This document shows positions 8,167-18,015 of a stretch of 64,000 nt of DNA, piece by piece. A program made the translations under genes and the position numbers. The notes under the pieces are model-generated. The model was not told where the DNA came from and ran no database searches. It saw only the letters and a program-made list of their open reading frames with translations. Each line of letters begins with the position of its first letter. Position 1 is the first letter of the stretch. The stretch lies in the NCBI GenBank assembly GCA_002788675.1, contig PFRS01000005.1:3731-67730 (forward strand), read 5' to 3'. The stretch is from Candidatus Pacebacteria bacterium CG_4_9_14_0_2_um_filter_40_15. Its GTDB lineage: Bacteria; Patescibacteriota; Microgenomatia; UBA1400; PJMF01.

Positions 8167-10452
8167 TTAGCTGCTTTTTGATCTATCCCAGTCCCGAAGA
8201 GTTACAATTGGAGTGAGTTGGCACTTTTGCTCTTTTGCCAGCCGAATAGCCTGATTTGCATCGAAAAGCACTTGCTTTTTTCCTTCTGAATCGACGAGTA
8301 AAAAACGAACATTCATGTTTCGGTCATGCGGATGTCCATGAACAATACCATGAGCTTTTAGTTCCAAGTTAATGTAGTAATATTGACTCGTTAAGTGATC
8401 TATCAGTGATTGTTCCTTGTAGTCAAGGTATTGATTAACCTGCGCTCCGCCAAATACCTCTCTAAAAGAAGTATCTTCAGAAAGGCCAGTTATAGGTTTT
8501 TCTAAAATACGTGGATTTTCTAGAATAGCTTTAGGGTTATCGTTAAGTTCTTGATAGAAACCCATATTGATAAATTCAGGTATGGCTTGGCAGGCCTCTT
8601 TATAGGAAGCTAGTTTCTCGTTTGATTGTCCAAACTGATATCTTTTCTCTCTCACATGCAAATCAGTTCTAAACTGTATTTTAGGCGGGAATGCTCCTTT
8701 TTTAATGTAAATATAGGCTATTGAATCTTCTTTTTTTAGCTCAAATCGTTGCCAACCAAACGCAAACTCTTTACGTGTCTCTTTTACAATGGGCAGCAAG
8801 GCAATTTGTTCATGAAGATATGGCCCAACTTGCGTGTTAGTCGAAATGGTATCAAGATCCAATGGTTTGCGAACCTCAGAGCGAAGATGTGAAAGTATTT
8901 CAGCCACTTTATCCTTAAATGAGGGATCATCTAATAATTTCCAACAAATCATAAACTCTGGCCCTGTAATTGGTGCTTTTGAGAGTGACTTAGAGAGTGA
9001 ATCGAAAACCTGCATTGTATTCTCAATTTTTGCTTCTTTGATGCACTCAGCAAGAAGAGAGGCTTGAAATTGGTTGAGGTTTTTTAAGTCTGTTGGGATT
9101 GTCAAAATAGTAGGAATTATTTCAGGCCGACTTATGCAAAACCCTTCAAGTAGCTTGGTTGCTCCATCGGAAAGATCTAAAATTGATGTGGGTTGTATAG
9201 TTGCAAGCATACTTTCGGTAAACTCTGAAGTAGTTTTCCTTAAAATAGTGTCGATGTTGTGTGGAATTTTAGTGAGATCAAGTGGACCTTGTAGTTTTTC
9301 TAGGAGTTCTGCTTTTTTTGAGAATCCTCTGTGTGACAAGATTGAATTCAGAACAAGCACACCACCAAGACTTAGTTCAGAAATGGGGAGTGTATTTGGT
9401 ATCGATGCTACAACTGTATCGGCAACGTTTTCATCATCAGTGTTTTTTTGGGAATACTCTGCCTCTCTTAATACGTTGAGTAAAAGTTCAGCACCTGCAC
9501 TTTCGATTGTGGTAAGATCTGTCAAAGCAAGGTATTGGTTCAAAAGTTTTGGAGCTTGCTCTGGTCTGTAGGGTAAGCAATTTGATATGACCTGTTTACA
9601 TCCTTCATTTGGAGCATTAAGTGAGCTCGGAAAGATCATCCTACTTGATATCTCTCGTATTGAAACACCATATATTGAGATTACAAAATCCCAGGCTGCT
9701 CGAGTTGGTCGCGAAAAGTCAAAAAGTTCGGGCAGTTTTTCGTAGAGTATCGATGAATTCCGTGTTCGTTGGGCAATCTTCCTGTCTTGAACTGCTAATT
9801 GAATGACAGTTTGGCTACTGCTCTCTGAGAGTTGAGCAATGTTAATGGGAGCTGACAGTTTTTCTAAGAATGTGGCGGCAATACTCGTGTCTTTGAGAGC
9901 GCTACTCCAAGCATAATCATCCATTTGTCGAAACCCGCCTAGATCAATGGAATCTATTTTAGCCAAAAATCTCTCAGTGTTTTGTAAAGAGCTTGAGTCT
10001 GCTTTAATAAAATGACCCAAAGCTGATACTTCTTCAGGAGATAGAGTGTCTGGGAGCAGAGAAAGTACGTGATCTGCGCAGGCTTCATCAATCCCAATAC
10101 AGTAGTTTAGGAGATTAAAACCCCACCGTGAAAGAGCAAGAAGATCTATCTTTGAAGGCAACGCAGCAATAACTTCAGACATTCGTTGCTCACCGAAATA
10201 TTGTTGAATGCTTTTTTGGTATCGCTCAATTATTGTGTAATTGGCAGTAAGGTCTAACTCCGCTGGAAGTTGCAGGTCTTCAGTTGTTGTGACTGGTTTA
10301 GTCGCTTCTAACTCAGTACTTTCTGAAGCCCATTCAGCAAGAACTGCTTGAGTCTTTGCTTGAATTTCGTTGTCAGTTAAAACAGCACCTTTGTCAACTT
10401 TGGGAAAAGCCATTCGTATGTCAAGTATTGTTGGTTGTGCTTCTTGCATCAC
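8167..10452 (-). CDS. large hypothetical protein (761 aa) with C-terminal protein-kinase-like/phosphotransferase-like motif
   Basis: No TM helix or signal peptide. The C-terminal 200 aa contain AYIYIKKG (VAIK-like strand) and HGIVHGHPHDRNMNV, resembling the HGDLHPGN(I/V)LV catalytic loop of APH/Kdo-kinase/RIO-type kinases with His in the Asp position. LVDSEG follows where DFG would sit. Confidence 0.6.
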   Translation of the reverse strand: MMQEAQPTILDIRMAFPKVDKGAVLTDNEIQAKTQAVLAEWASESTELEATKPVTTTEDLQLPAELDLTANYTIIERYQKSIQQYFGEQRMSEVIAALPSKIDLLALSRWGFNLLNYCIGIDEACADHVLSLLPDTLSPEEVSALGHFIKADSSSLQNTERFLAKIDSIDLGGFRQMDDYAWSSALKDTSIAATFLEKLSAPINIAQLSESSSQTVIQLAVQDRKIAQRTRNSSILYEKLPELFDFSRPTRAAWDFVISIYGVSIREISSRMIFPSSLNAPNEGCKQVISNCLPYRPEQAPKLLNQYLALTDLTTIESAGAELLLNVLREAEYSQKNTDDENVADTVVASIPNTLPISELSLGGVLVLNSILSHRGFSKKAELLEKLQGPLDLTKIPHNIDTILRKTTSEFTESMLATIQPTSILDLSDGATKLLEGFCISRPEIIPTILTIPTDLKNLNQFQASLLAECIKEAKIENTMQVFDSLSKSLSKAPITGPEFMICWKLLDDPSFKDKVAEILSHLRSEVRKPLDLDTISTNTQVGPYLHEQIALLPIVKETRKEFAFGWQRFELKKEDSIAYIYIKKGAFPPKIQFRTDLHVREKRYQFGQSNEKLASYKEACQAIPEFINMGFYQELNDNPKAILENPRILEKPITGLSEDTSFREVFGGAQVNQYLDYKEQSLIDHLTSQYYYINLELKAHGIVHGHPHDRNMNVRFLLVDSEGKKQVLFDANQAIRLAKEQKCQLTPIVTLRDWDRSKSS

Positions 10453-10520
10453 GCATAATCATAGCAAGTGGAGTGAGTAAAAACAATCTGGTTAGTGTTT
10501 TTGCAGCAGGGTTATTCTAG

Positions 10521-10555
10521 TCAATAAATAAAACACCCGCCGGTGAGGGCGGGTG
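10521..10555 (-). terminator. rho-independent terminator downstream of fcl
   Basis: 8-bp GC-rich stem CACCCGCC/GGCGGGTG with a 6-nt loop. On the minus strand it is followed by TTTTATTTATT. Confidence 0.65.
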
Positions 10556-10589
10556 TAGTATTTGTGTTAAAAATAATTCTTGGTGGGGA

Positions 10590-11567
10590 TTATTTAGCCT
10601 GGGAGCGATACCACTCTACAGTCTTCTTAAGACCTTTTGCGAAAGTAACTTCAGACACAAATCCAAAGCCTTGCTCAGCCCTGCTGGTATTTATTTTTCG
10701 ACGTGGTTGACCATCTGGTTTGCTGGTATCAAAAATGACTTTGCCAGAATATCCTACTGCATCTCCAATAGTGTGAGCCAGCTCGGCGATACTAATTTCA
10801 AAATTTGATCCTAAATTTACTGGTTCAGGGCTGTTGTAGTGCTTGGTTGCTAAGACTATGGCTCGAGCTGCATCTTCAACAAATAAAAATTCTCGTGTAG
10901 GAGCACCAGTACCCCAGACAGTAACCTCTGAAGCGTTAGCATCCTTAGCTTCAACAAATTTGCGAATAAGTGCAGGAATAACATGTGAAGATTCTGGGTT
11001 AAAGTTATCTTTTGGCCCATACAGATTTGTTGGCAGTAAGTAGATGGCTGGATAGTTGTATTGATCTTGATATGCCTGTGACTGTACTAGTAACATTTTC
11101 TTAGCCAGACCATAGGGTGCATTTGTTTCTTCTGGATAGCCATTCCAAAGGTCTTCTTCTTTAAAAGGTACAGGAGTGTACTTTGGGTATGCACAGATCG
11201 TACCAATACCAACGAATTTTTTAACACCGGCTTTGTAGGATTCATGAAGAACATGAGTTCCCATTAAAAGGTTGTCATAAAAAAGTTCAGCAGGATGTTC
11301 TTGATTGTAGCCAATACCACCTACATTTGCGGCTAAATGGATAACTACATCGGCATTTGCAACTACTTTGGCAGCATCTTGCTTTTTACGAAGATCAAAT
11401 TCACTGCTGCGAGGCACCACAATTTCTGCTGGTTTTTCTTTTTGAAGTTCGGCTACTAAGTGTGAGCCCAGAAAGCCTGCACCTCCGGTAACTACGATTC
11501 GTTTGTTTTTGAGTGAAAATTCTTTCATAATCCTTTTGCTTTTCTGCTTTATTCTAGAGAGAAACAA
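10590..11567 (-). CDS. fcl: GDP-L-fucose synthase (GDP-4-keto-6-deoxymannose 3,5-epimerase/4-reductase)
   Basis: Near-identical blocks to E. coli Fcl: PTNLYGPKDNFNPESSHVIPALIRKF, VWGTGAPTREFLFVED, KPDGQPRR. N-terminal GGAGFLGSH Rossmann motif. Confidence 0.85.
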   Translation of the reverse strand: MFLSRIKQKSKRIMKEFSLKNKRIVVTGGAGFLGSHLVAELQKEKPAEIVVPRSSEFDLRKKQDAAKVVANADVVIHLAANVGGIGYNQEHPAELFYDNLLMGTHVLHESYKAGVKKFVGIGTICAYPKYTPVPFKEEDLWNGYPEETNAPYGLAKKMLLVQSQAYQDQYNYPAIYLLPTNLYGPKDNFNPESSHVIPALIRKFVEAKDANASEVTVWGTGAPTREFLFVEDAARAIVLATKHYNSPEPVNLGSNFEISIAELAHTIGDAVGYSGKVIFDTSKPDGQPRRKINTSRAEQGFGFVSEVTFAKGLKKTVEWYRSQAK

Positions 11568-11723
11568 AGATTATTTCAACCTCAGCTCATATTTTTGACT
11601 TATTTGACAGAAAAGTCCATATAGAATATAATACCGGCTCATTGGCTCGTTGCTTTTGCAGTAACATTTTTTGCCAATGTGTTTATTAACAATTCAAATC
11701 ACAACAAAAAAATGGAGTGAACA

Positions 11724-13190
11724 GTGAAGAAAGAAAAAAAACCTTGGGTGCGCATTAGTGCATCAGTTTTCCTATTGGCAGTATACGGCATTTTTATGCT
11801 GTTATACATGCCACAGGCTCGCCTGTACCAAGCGGCCGCAAGCGTAGGTCAGTTTTCTGATTCTATCGCAGAAAATGCATGGGCCTTAACAATGGCCCAA
11901 AACAATATCCCAGCGATTATCGCTAATGTACTAGTCTTTGGAGGGCTAGCAATTATGTGGATTCCATTCTTCGTAAAGAAATGGCGAAATAGCCGTTCTT
12001 CAGGGACAACTACACTGTTGTCTTTAGTCTTACTCATTGTTGCAGTCGGATTAGCTAGCTGTAAACCATACAAAGGCACCTCAATTGTTGAGGTTCAACC
12101 GAATCAAACGGCCTACTTGTTACCCGCTCAGGGAGATACAAGTGCCCAAGAGCAATTTGATTCCGTGCAGTATCTGAGTGACAATCAGGTTGCCTCAAAA
12201 ATCATCGAAATACACTATTCCGAACACAAAATCGGTCGTATGTATTGGAATATTGATTTTGTTCCAAAAGAAATCGTTATCCTCGTTGATCGCTCGCCAG
12301 TATTTCGCCAATGGACATACGTCCCCGAAAACGGTGCAGTTAATGCTATTAACGATTCAAATCGAAAAACAGCGGCTATACCCTTAGAGAGCCAAGAAAG
12401 TATTGGCTTTTGGCATGGGGTAGTTATAAATGCAGTCATCGAAGAACAGAATTCCGCTAAGTTCTTGTACTACTTTGGTGGTGTCGGCCGTGACCCAGAC
12501 GAAATTGGCACGGGAGTTCATTTACAGGTAGGTCTAGAACAGGTCATAGATGAATTTGTCCGTGGCTGGGTCAGCGATCGTTTATATGCTGACTTCAAAG
12601 CACTTTCCCTGGAGGGTGGCCAAGCTGATGCGGGAACAATATTCGCAAATGTAGAGAGTGATGCCAAGGTTTACTTTGAGGATTACGGCATTACCATTTT
12701 ACAACTTGGTGGAATTGGTGGTCTAGTTTATGACAATCCTGACGTTCAGGATGTTATCGATGACAAGTTTGAGCGTGCGGCAGTTGCCACTGCTGCAGCT
12801 ATTACAAACAAGACCAATACCGATAGAGGCCAGGCCGAAGCAACGCAGACTGTAATTGCCGCGAACGCACAAGCTGAATCGCTGGCATTACAAGGTATTG
12901 AGTTGGGAAAATATCCCAGCTTGGTGGCATATGAAATTGCCACGCATGCTACAGGAGAAGTTCCAGACATGTTCTTTTACTCAGTGGGTGCAGATCAGGA
13001 TACCGGACAGTCAGTTGATGGCGGCTTACTACCCTTCCCGTTCTTCTTGAACTATCCAGTTGGAGATGGCACCACGGGTGTTGATGCTTCTCTACTTCCT
13101 GAGGCATTACAGCCGGAAGGACCAGTGGAGCCAACATCAGCTCCATCACCTTCGGCTATGCCTGTTGAAACAGAAACACCAACACCGTAG
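11724..13190 (+). CDS. membrane-anchored hypothetical protein, possible SPFH/band-7-like domain, Pro/Thr/Glu-rich C-terminal tail
   Basis: Two N-terminal TM helices. The C-terminal region AESLALQGIELGKYPSLVAYEIATHATGEVPDMF resembles the C-terminal segment of YqiK/flotillin-like SPFH proteins. It ends in PVETETPTP. Confidence 0.45.
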   Translation: MKKEKKPWVRISASVFLLAVYGIFMLLYMPQARLYQAAASVGQFSDSIAENAWALTMAQNNIPAIIANVLVFGGLAIMWIPFFVKKWRNSRSSGTTTLLSLVLLIVAVGLASCKPYKGTSIVEVQPNQTAYLLPAQGDTSAQEQFDSVQYLSDNQVASKIIEIHYSEHKIGRMYWNIDFVPKEIVILVDRSPVFRQWTYVPENGAVNAINDSNRKTAAIPLESQESIGFWHGVVINAVIEEQNSAKFLYYFGGVGRDPDEIGTGVHLQVGLEQVIDEFVRGWVSDRLYADFKALSLEGGQADAGTIFANVESDAKVYFEDYGITILQLGGIGGLVYDNPDVQDVIDDKFERAAVATAAAITNKTNTDRGQAEATQTVIAANAQAESLALQGIELGKYPSLVAYEIATHATGEVPDMFFYSVGADQDTGQSVDGGLLPFPFFLNYPVGDGTTGVDASLLPEALQPEGPVEPTSAPSPSAMPVETETPTP

Positions 13191-13237
13191 CCATAGTTGA
13201 AAATTTAAGCTAAAAATAGTGTGATTTGAATTGATTT

Positions 13238-13270
13238 AACCCCTGCACTCTGTGTAGGGGTTATTCATTT
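13238..13270 (+). terminator. rho-independent terminator
   Basis: 11-bp stem AACCCCTGCAC/GTGTAGGGGTT with one G-U pair and a 3-nt loop, followed by a T-rich tract. Lies between convergent genes. Confidence 0.55.
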
Positions 13271-14046
13271 TACTTCATCACCCTATACGCCATCACAATA
13301 AGCGTGGCATGAATCTTATGAATGAATCGTATTACAGGTGATTTCACATATTTCACAACAAGTTCATGCTCTTCATTGAACTGCTTTTCGTAGAGTGCAC
13401 CACCTTTTGAGCTCCCGTGGATTCTAAACAGTGAGAAGTGAGAATTAAGCACATGGAGTGGATACTTTGCCATGGCACGCATCCAATAATCAAAATCCAT
13501 GCAAAAATGCAAATTTTCATCAAACATGCCGATATCTTCCATCAGCTCTTTACGCCAAAAAGTACTTGGTTGAATAATATAGTTTGCAATCGATAAACGC
13601 ATCATTGTTGGCTTTTGACGTAACCATGTTTTGTAATTAGCTACAAAGCTTTGTATTTTATTGCCATCAGCATCAATAATAAAGTAGTCACCAGTAGCCC
13701 ACATTGCTTCAGGATGTTGCATGAAGTATTCAGCCACTGTATTTAGAGTATTTGGCAAAAAAACATCATCACTATTAAGGTAACAAATAATGTCGCCAGT
13801 AGACTTTATAATTCCCTGATTTATTGCGTCTGTTTGGCCTTTGTCCTTTTTTGAAACCCAAGTAAACTTTTTGCCATATGATTTTAGAATCTTAACAGTG
13901 CCGTCTGTTGATCCACCATCCATAACGATGTACTCTAGATTTGGATAATTCTGGTTGAGCACACTCTCAATAGTTTCTTTAATGAAGTGGCCTTGGTTGT
14001 AGCTTGGGGTGATGACAGTAATTTTGGGGAAAGTTATTTTTTTCAT
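13270..14046 (-). CDS. GT2 family glycosyltransferase
   Basis: ITVITPSYNQGHFIKETIESVLNQNYPNLEYIVMDGGSTDGT, then DDV (NSDDVFL). Confidence 0.85.
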   Translation of the reverse strand: MKKITFPKITVITPSYNQGHFIKETIESVLNQNYPNLEYIVMDGGSTDGTVKILKSYGKKFTWVSKKDKGQTDAINQGIIKSTGDIICYLNSDDVFLPNTLNTVAEYFMQHPEAMWATGDYFIIDADGNKIQSFVANYKTWLRQKPTMMRLSIANYIIQPSTFWRKELMEDIGMFDENLHFCMDFDYWMRAMAKYPLHVLNSHFSLFRIHGSSKGGALYEKQFNEEHELVVKYVKSPVIRFIHKIHATLIVMAYRVMK

Positions 14047-14117
14047 AACTATTATTCTACTACAGGGCAGTATTATTTGTTCAAGTAGTCTAAATATTAG
14101 AATTACGATATACTAAG

Positions 14118-15677
14118 TTGGTGAATAAAATAGCAAAAATACTCTCAACATATATACTTTTCAAAACAATTAAAAAGTACTGGTTCCTCATTTCTTTTCT
14201 CTGTCTCACCACTTTAGCAATTATTCTTCGCTGGTACCCAATTCACGGCGGTCTGTTTACTTTTGAATATGATATGGCCAAAGATTCATTAATCATGCTT
14301 GAAATGTATCAATATAAAGATCCAAGTCTGGTTGGTCCAACTACCAGTATCCCTGGTTTATTTTATGGTCCTGCATGGTACTACATTGCTCTGATTCCAA
14401 ATATTCTTATGAACTTTACACCCTTTGCTGGGGTTATTGTTGTTTGGCTTGGTGTTGCGATAAATATATATCTCTTCAAAAAGTATGTGGGCACCTTTGA
14501 GGCGTTCTTGTATGCCGTTTCGAGTGGGCTTATTGGAGCACAACAAAATGCTTGGACTCCGTATATGACTACACTCATTATTGGGCCATTACTGATAGTA
14601 CTTACCAAAATAAAAAGTAATAAAAAAATCGACACTGTACAATTGGAGCTTGTTGCGGCACTGACGTCACTGCTTTTCCATTTTCAACCTGCTTATGGAA
14701 TTGTAGCAATTCCAGTTGTATTAGCCTCTCTTGTAGTTAAAAAAATACGTCCATCAATGAAACAAATAGGTATAGCACTCGGTGTCTTTTCTGCCTCTTT
14801 TGTCCCGTTCGTATTGTTTGAAATTAAAAATAACTTTATTCAATCAAAGTCATTACTCGCCTTTATTCAGAACTTTGGTACTGAGTCTAGTGTTATCGAA
14901 CCAAATGCAACGGGTATTGGTCGATTGGGTGAAGTTGCTTCAGAAATTGTTACAACTGCAGGTCAGGCGCTTTCACCCATTCATCCTAACTTCTGGTATG
15001 GCCTACTTATAGTCCTGATTACACTTCTCTATCTTAAACATCACAAAAATAGAGATGAATCTCTTCCTGTTCTCTATTTCATAGTTGGAACATTCCTTTT
15101 ATACCTTGTTTTACCAGTTAAAGCGTACTATCTCGTTGCTTTGATGCCTGTGTGGATCTATGCAGTTGGTGGTTATTTCACAGGAATTAAAAGTATATTT
15201 AAACCTGCAATTATGTTCTTTTTTCTTGTTTTAGCAATCTTGCATGCTGGATGGCAACGACAAACCTATCTTGATTTGGCAAACAGAACAGCGGATTTAT
15301 ACCAGCCTAAACAAATTGCAGTTGATACTGTCTATGACATGGCAAATGGGGCTGAATTTAGTTCGTATCAATTTGTGCCACAAGTGTATGACTATACCTA
15401 TCAATACATCTTCTTAAATAAAATTCGTCAGGGAGCTCAGATTCCAGCTGAATTTAGTTATGCTCCAGAAAAGACTGACTACAATACGTATAAACATATT
15501 GACGCAATCCAAACTGATTCAGAGTTAGTTTTCTTGATAGTTGAAAAACCGCACTATCAAAATGTACAAGACGAGTGGTGGGATGCTATTACCTCAGAGC
15601 TAACTATTGTTGATACAGTCAATATCTCGGACGCCATAACCGTGTATAAAGCATATAAGAATGAGAGCTCAAGATGA
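14118..15677 (+). CDS. multi-pass membrane protein, putative GT-C-type glycosyltransferase (uncharacterised family), paralog A
   Basis: At least 10 TM helices. After TM1 comes an acidic loop FEYDMAKDS and VGPTTSIPGLFYGPAWYY, both shared with the next ORF. C-terminal soluble domain. Confidence 0.5.
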   Translation: MVNKIAKILSTYILFKTIKKYWFLISFLCLTTLAIILRWYPIHGGLFTFEYDMAKDSLIMLEMYQYKDPSLVGPTTSIPGLFYGPAWYYIALIPNILMNFTPFAGVIVVWLGVAINIYLFKKYVGTFEAFLYAVSSGLIGAQQNAWTPYMTTLIIGPLLIVLTKIKSNKKIDTVQLELVAALTSLLFHFQPAYGIVAIPVVLASLVVKKIRPSMKQIGIALGVFSASFVPFVLFEIKNNFIQSKSLLAFIQNFGTESSVIEPNATGIGRLGEVASEIVTTAGQALSPIHPNFWYGLLIVLITLLYLKHHKNRDESLPVLYFIVGTFLLYLVLPVKAYYLVALMPVWIYAVGGYFTGIKSIFKPAIMFFFLVLAILHAGWQRQTYLDLANRTADLYQPKQIAVDTVYDMANGAEFSSYQFVPQVYDYTYQYIFLNKIRQGAQIPAEFSYAPEKTDYNTYKHIDAIQTDSELVFLIVEKPHYQNVQDEWWDAITSELTIVDTVNISDAITVYKAYKNESSR

Positions 15678-17281
15678 GACAAATACTAGTTGTTATTTCA
15701 AATACATTTTCATATTTTCAAAAGCTCTCACTTCGTGACTGGATTCTTATTGGATTGATTTCATTGTTCGGATTATATTTAAGAGTATGGCCTGGAACTG
15801 ATCACCTAATCTGGGATTATGATCAAGCTCGAGATTCTATTGTAATTAGAAGTATTATTGGAGAAAGAAACCCAATTATTGTTGGTCCACAAACAGAGTT
15901 TTTTGGACTGAACCATGGTCCACTCTATTATTACTTTGCAGCACCTTTCTATCATTTTGCTCAGTGGAATCCAAACATCCTAATGTATGCAATGATTGTC
16001 TTAAATTTAAGTACTATTATTCCGCTAGCTTTATTAGTTCATGAGCTGTTTAAGGATAAACGACTTACTCTTTTGGCGGTGTTTCTCTTTGCTCTTGCCT
16101 ATCAACAGGTTGAGTATGCTCGCTGGTTATCAAATGTTTCCATCACTATCCCAATGCTTGGCTGGATGTACTACTTTCTTTGGAAAACTCTTGCAGATAA
16201 TAAAAGAGCACTTTTTACAGGTCTGTTCACTGGTTTAGCAATTCAAGGTGAATTCTTTTTAATTTTTCTTATCGCTCTCTGTTATGTGCTTTTTTATTTG
16301 TATGGTGTTTCATTTAAATCAATACTTAAGTATCATATTGGATTAGCCTTGGGCATGAGTTCATTCATTATTGCTGAAATCAAGTTTGGCTTCTTAGGCA
16401 GTAGTACTTTTCTTTCTCAATTTGTAGGTAGTCATTCTGACAGAATCAATTTAGCAGGTCAGGCTTTTTCAAAATATCTCGATCATCTAGGTATGACAAT
16501 TAGCCAGAATGTATTCGGAGTTACTCCTGCTATGGGTCTGTGGGGTTTAATTGCGGGAGGTGTAGTCTTACTATTCTTATGGAAACATATTGTGCAACGA
16601 AACAATCAAAAACAAATATATTACGTTTTAGCACTTTTGTTTGCACACAGCTTTTTAATGACCTTTCACTTTGTTGATGCAGTCTTTTTGAATCTTTCTA
16701 TTATTCTGCCAATAATTATTTTCTTTGCTGTGATCATATGGATTCTCTATGTTGATGGCTACACATTTGCTGCTTTTGGACTTGTGGCGGTGATTATTTT
16801 TTCTCAGCTCTTTCAGCTAAAATCTAACGTTGAAAAGAATGCACCATTACAACTGTACAACTTCCATCAATCAGCGATATTACTTTCACAAAAGAAGGAG
16901 CTTGTTAAGAAAGTATATGAGCTCGGTGGTGATTCATTTACTTTTGGCGTTATGGGAACGCCGTACGGTGTGCAGACTGTATGGGCAACTACATTTGAAA
17001 ACTATCTTTCGGAAAATCCTTCACTCATTAAACCTAATTGGTATGGATATTTAGCTGAAGGCTATCCAGCAGATGGATATTTTACCAAAGTTGATCATCC
17101 CGGTAGTAATCACATCTTGGTGATCGAGAACAATTCAGATGTATTTATTAGTCCTTTCATATATACTCAATATATGGAAACGGTTAATGAATCCACTGTC
17201 CTTATCCGTGAAGAAGAATTAGATGGATTTAAAATTCAGCTTAGAAAACCTAAACAAGCAGTAATTCAAATAGAAAGATAA
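15674..17281 (+). CDS. multi-pass membrane protein, putative GT-C-type glycosyltransferase, paralog B (tandem to 14118..15677)
   Basis: Shares WDYDQARDS and VGPQTEFFGLNHGPLYYY with the upstream ORF. Start overlaps the upstream stop by 4 nt (ATGA). Confidence 0.5.
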   Translation: MRQILVVISNTFSYFQKLSLRDWILIGLISLFGLYLRVWPGTDHLIWDYDQARDSIVIRSIIGERNPIIVGPQTEFFGLNHGPLYYYFAAPFYHFAQWNPNILMYAMIVLNLSTIIPLALLVHELFKDKRLTLLAVFLFALAYQQVEYARWLSNVSITIPMLGWMYYFLWKTLADNKRALFTGLFTGLAIQGEFFLIFLIALCYVLFYLYGVSFKSILKYHIGLALGMSSFIIAEIKFGFLGSSTFLSQFVGSHSDRINLAGQAFSKYLDHLGMTISQNVFGVTPAMGLWGLIAGGVVLLFLWKHIVQRNNQKQIYYVLALLFAHSFLMTFHFVDAVFLNLSIILPIIIFFAVIIWILYVDGYTFAAFGLVAVIIFSQLFQLKSNVEKNAPLQLYNFHQSAILLSQKKELVKKVYELGGDSFTFGVMGTPYGVQTVWATTFENYLSENPSLIKPNWYGYLAEGYPADGYFTKVDHPGSNHILVIENNSDVFISPFIYTQYMETVNESTVLIREEELDGFKIQLRKPKQAVIQIER

Positions 17282-17283
17282 AT

Positions 17284-18015
17284 ATGGGAGAATTTACATC
17301 GCAAGCAGAAGCATTTAATCCAAAAACAGAAAATACTACAGCTAGAGCAGAATTATCACTCGATGAGGAAATGGCTGATGCACTTTCCTTATTTGATTCA
17401 GCTAAAAATTTGACTGAACTAATGGGACTGTTTAACACACTATCTGTAAAAAAAGCCTTTTATGACTTAACGCTTTCTCATCGCTCAATTCTTAGTCGAC
17501 TGAACACTACTATAGGAAATATGCAACGAGGGGATACCATTAACCATGATGCAACTGCAGCTATGTTTCCACAATTTATGCAACCTTTAGTAAAGTCCTG
17601 CATTCATGGTGAGGCAGTATTAATAGCTGAACAAAATGTTGAAGCTGAGAGGAATAAACAAAAACTTGAATTAAATTTTCAACAGTTGGTCAATATCGTT
17701 ACAGGCCAAAATACAGATGAAAGCGCTCTGATTACTGCAATAGGTTTGCTAAAAAATATGGGTGATTACAGAGGTCCAAATAACGGCGTTGCGTATTCAA
17801 TGCCAAGATTAGCAACAGTTGTTGAAGAACAAATGAGGATAGCACTTACTAATGAAATGAGAGGTGATGCAAACACAGTTGAAAATGTGAGGAGAAATCT
17901 TTTAAATGAAATTCCTGAATTACGGGACCCTAAATTAGGAGATAAGGCGTCACTGCTATTCTTTTCTAGTGCAATATCAACCTATGGACGTCTTAGAGCA
18001 AACGGCAGAACTTAA
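17284..18015 (+). CDS. hypothetical soluble protein (243 aa)
   Basis: Starts 2 nt after the upstream stop, so translational coupling is plausible. No recognisable motif. Confidence 0.45.
   Translation: MGEFTSQAEAFNPKTENTTARAELSLDEEMADALSLFDSAKNLTELMGLFNTLSVKKAFYDLTLSHRSILSRLNTTIGNMQRGDTINHDATAAMFPQFMQPLVKSCIHGEAVLIAEQNVEAERNKQKLELNFQQLVNIVTGQNTDESALITAIGLLKNMGDYRGPNNGVAYSMPRLATVVEEQMRIALTNEMRGDANTVENVRRNLLNEIPELRDPKLGDKASLLFFSSAISTYGRLRANGRT

Noticed and set aside
9074-9571. 165-aa + strand ORF and other ORFs antisense to the 761-aa gene
   Set aside because: It is fully contained within the long minus-strand ORF and is low-complexity Ser-rich. The long ORF has much the better coding signal.
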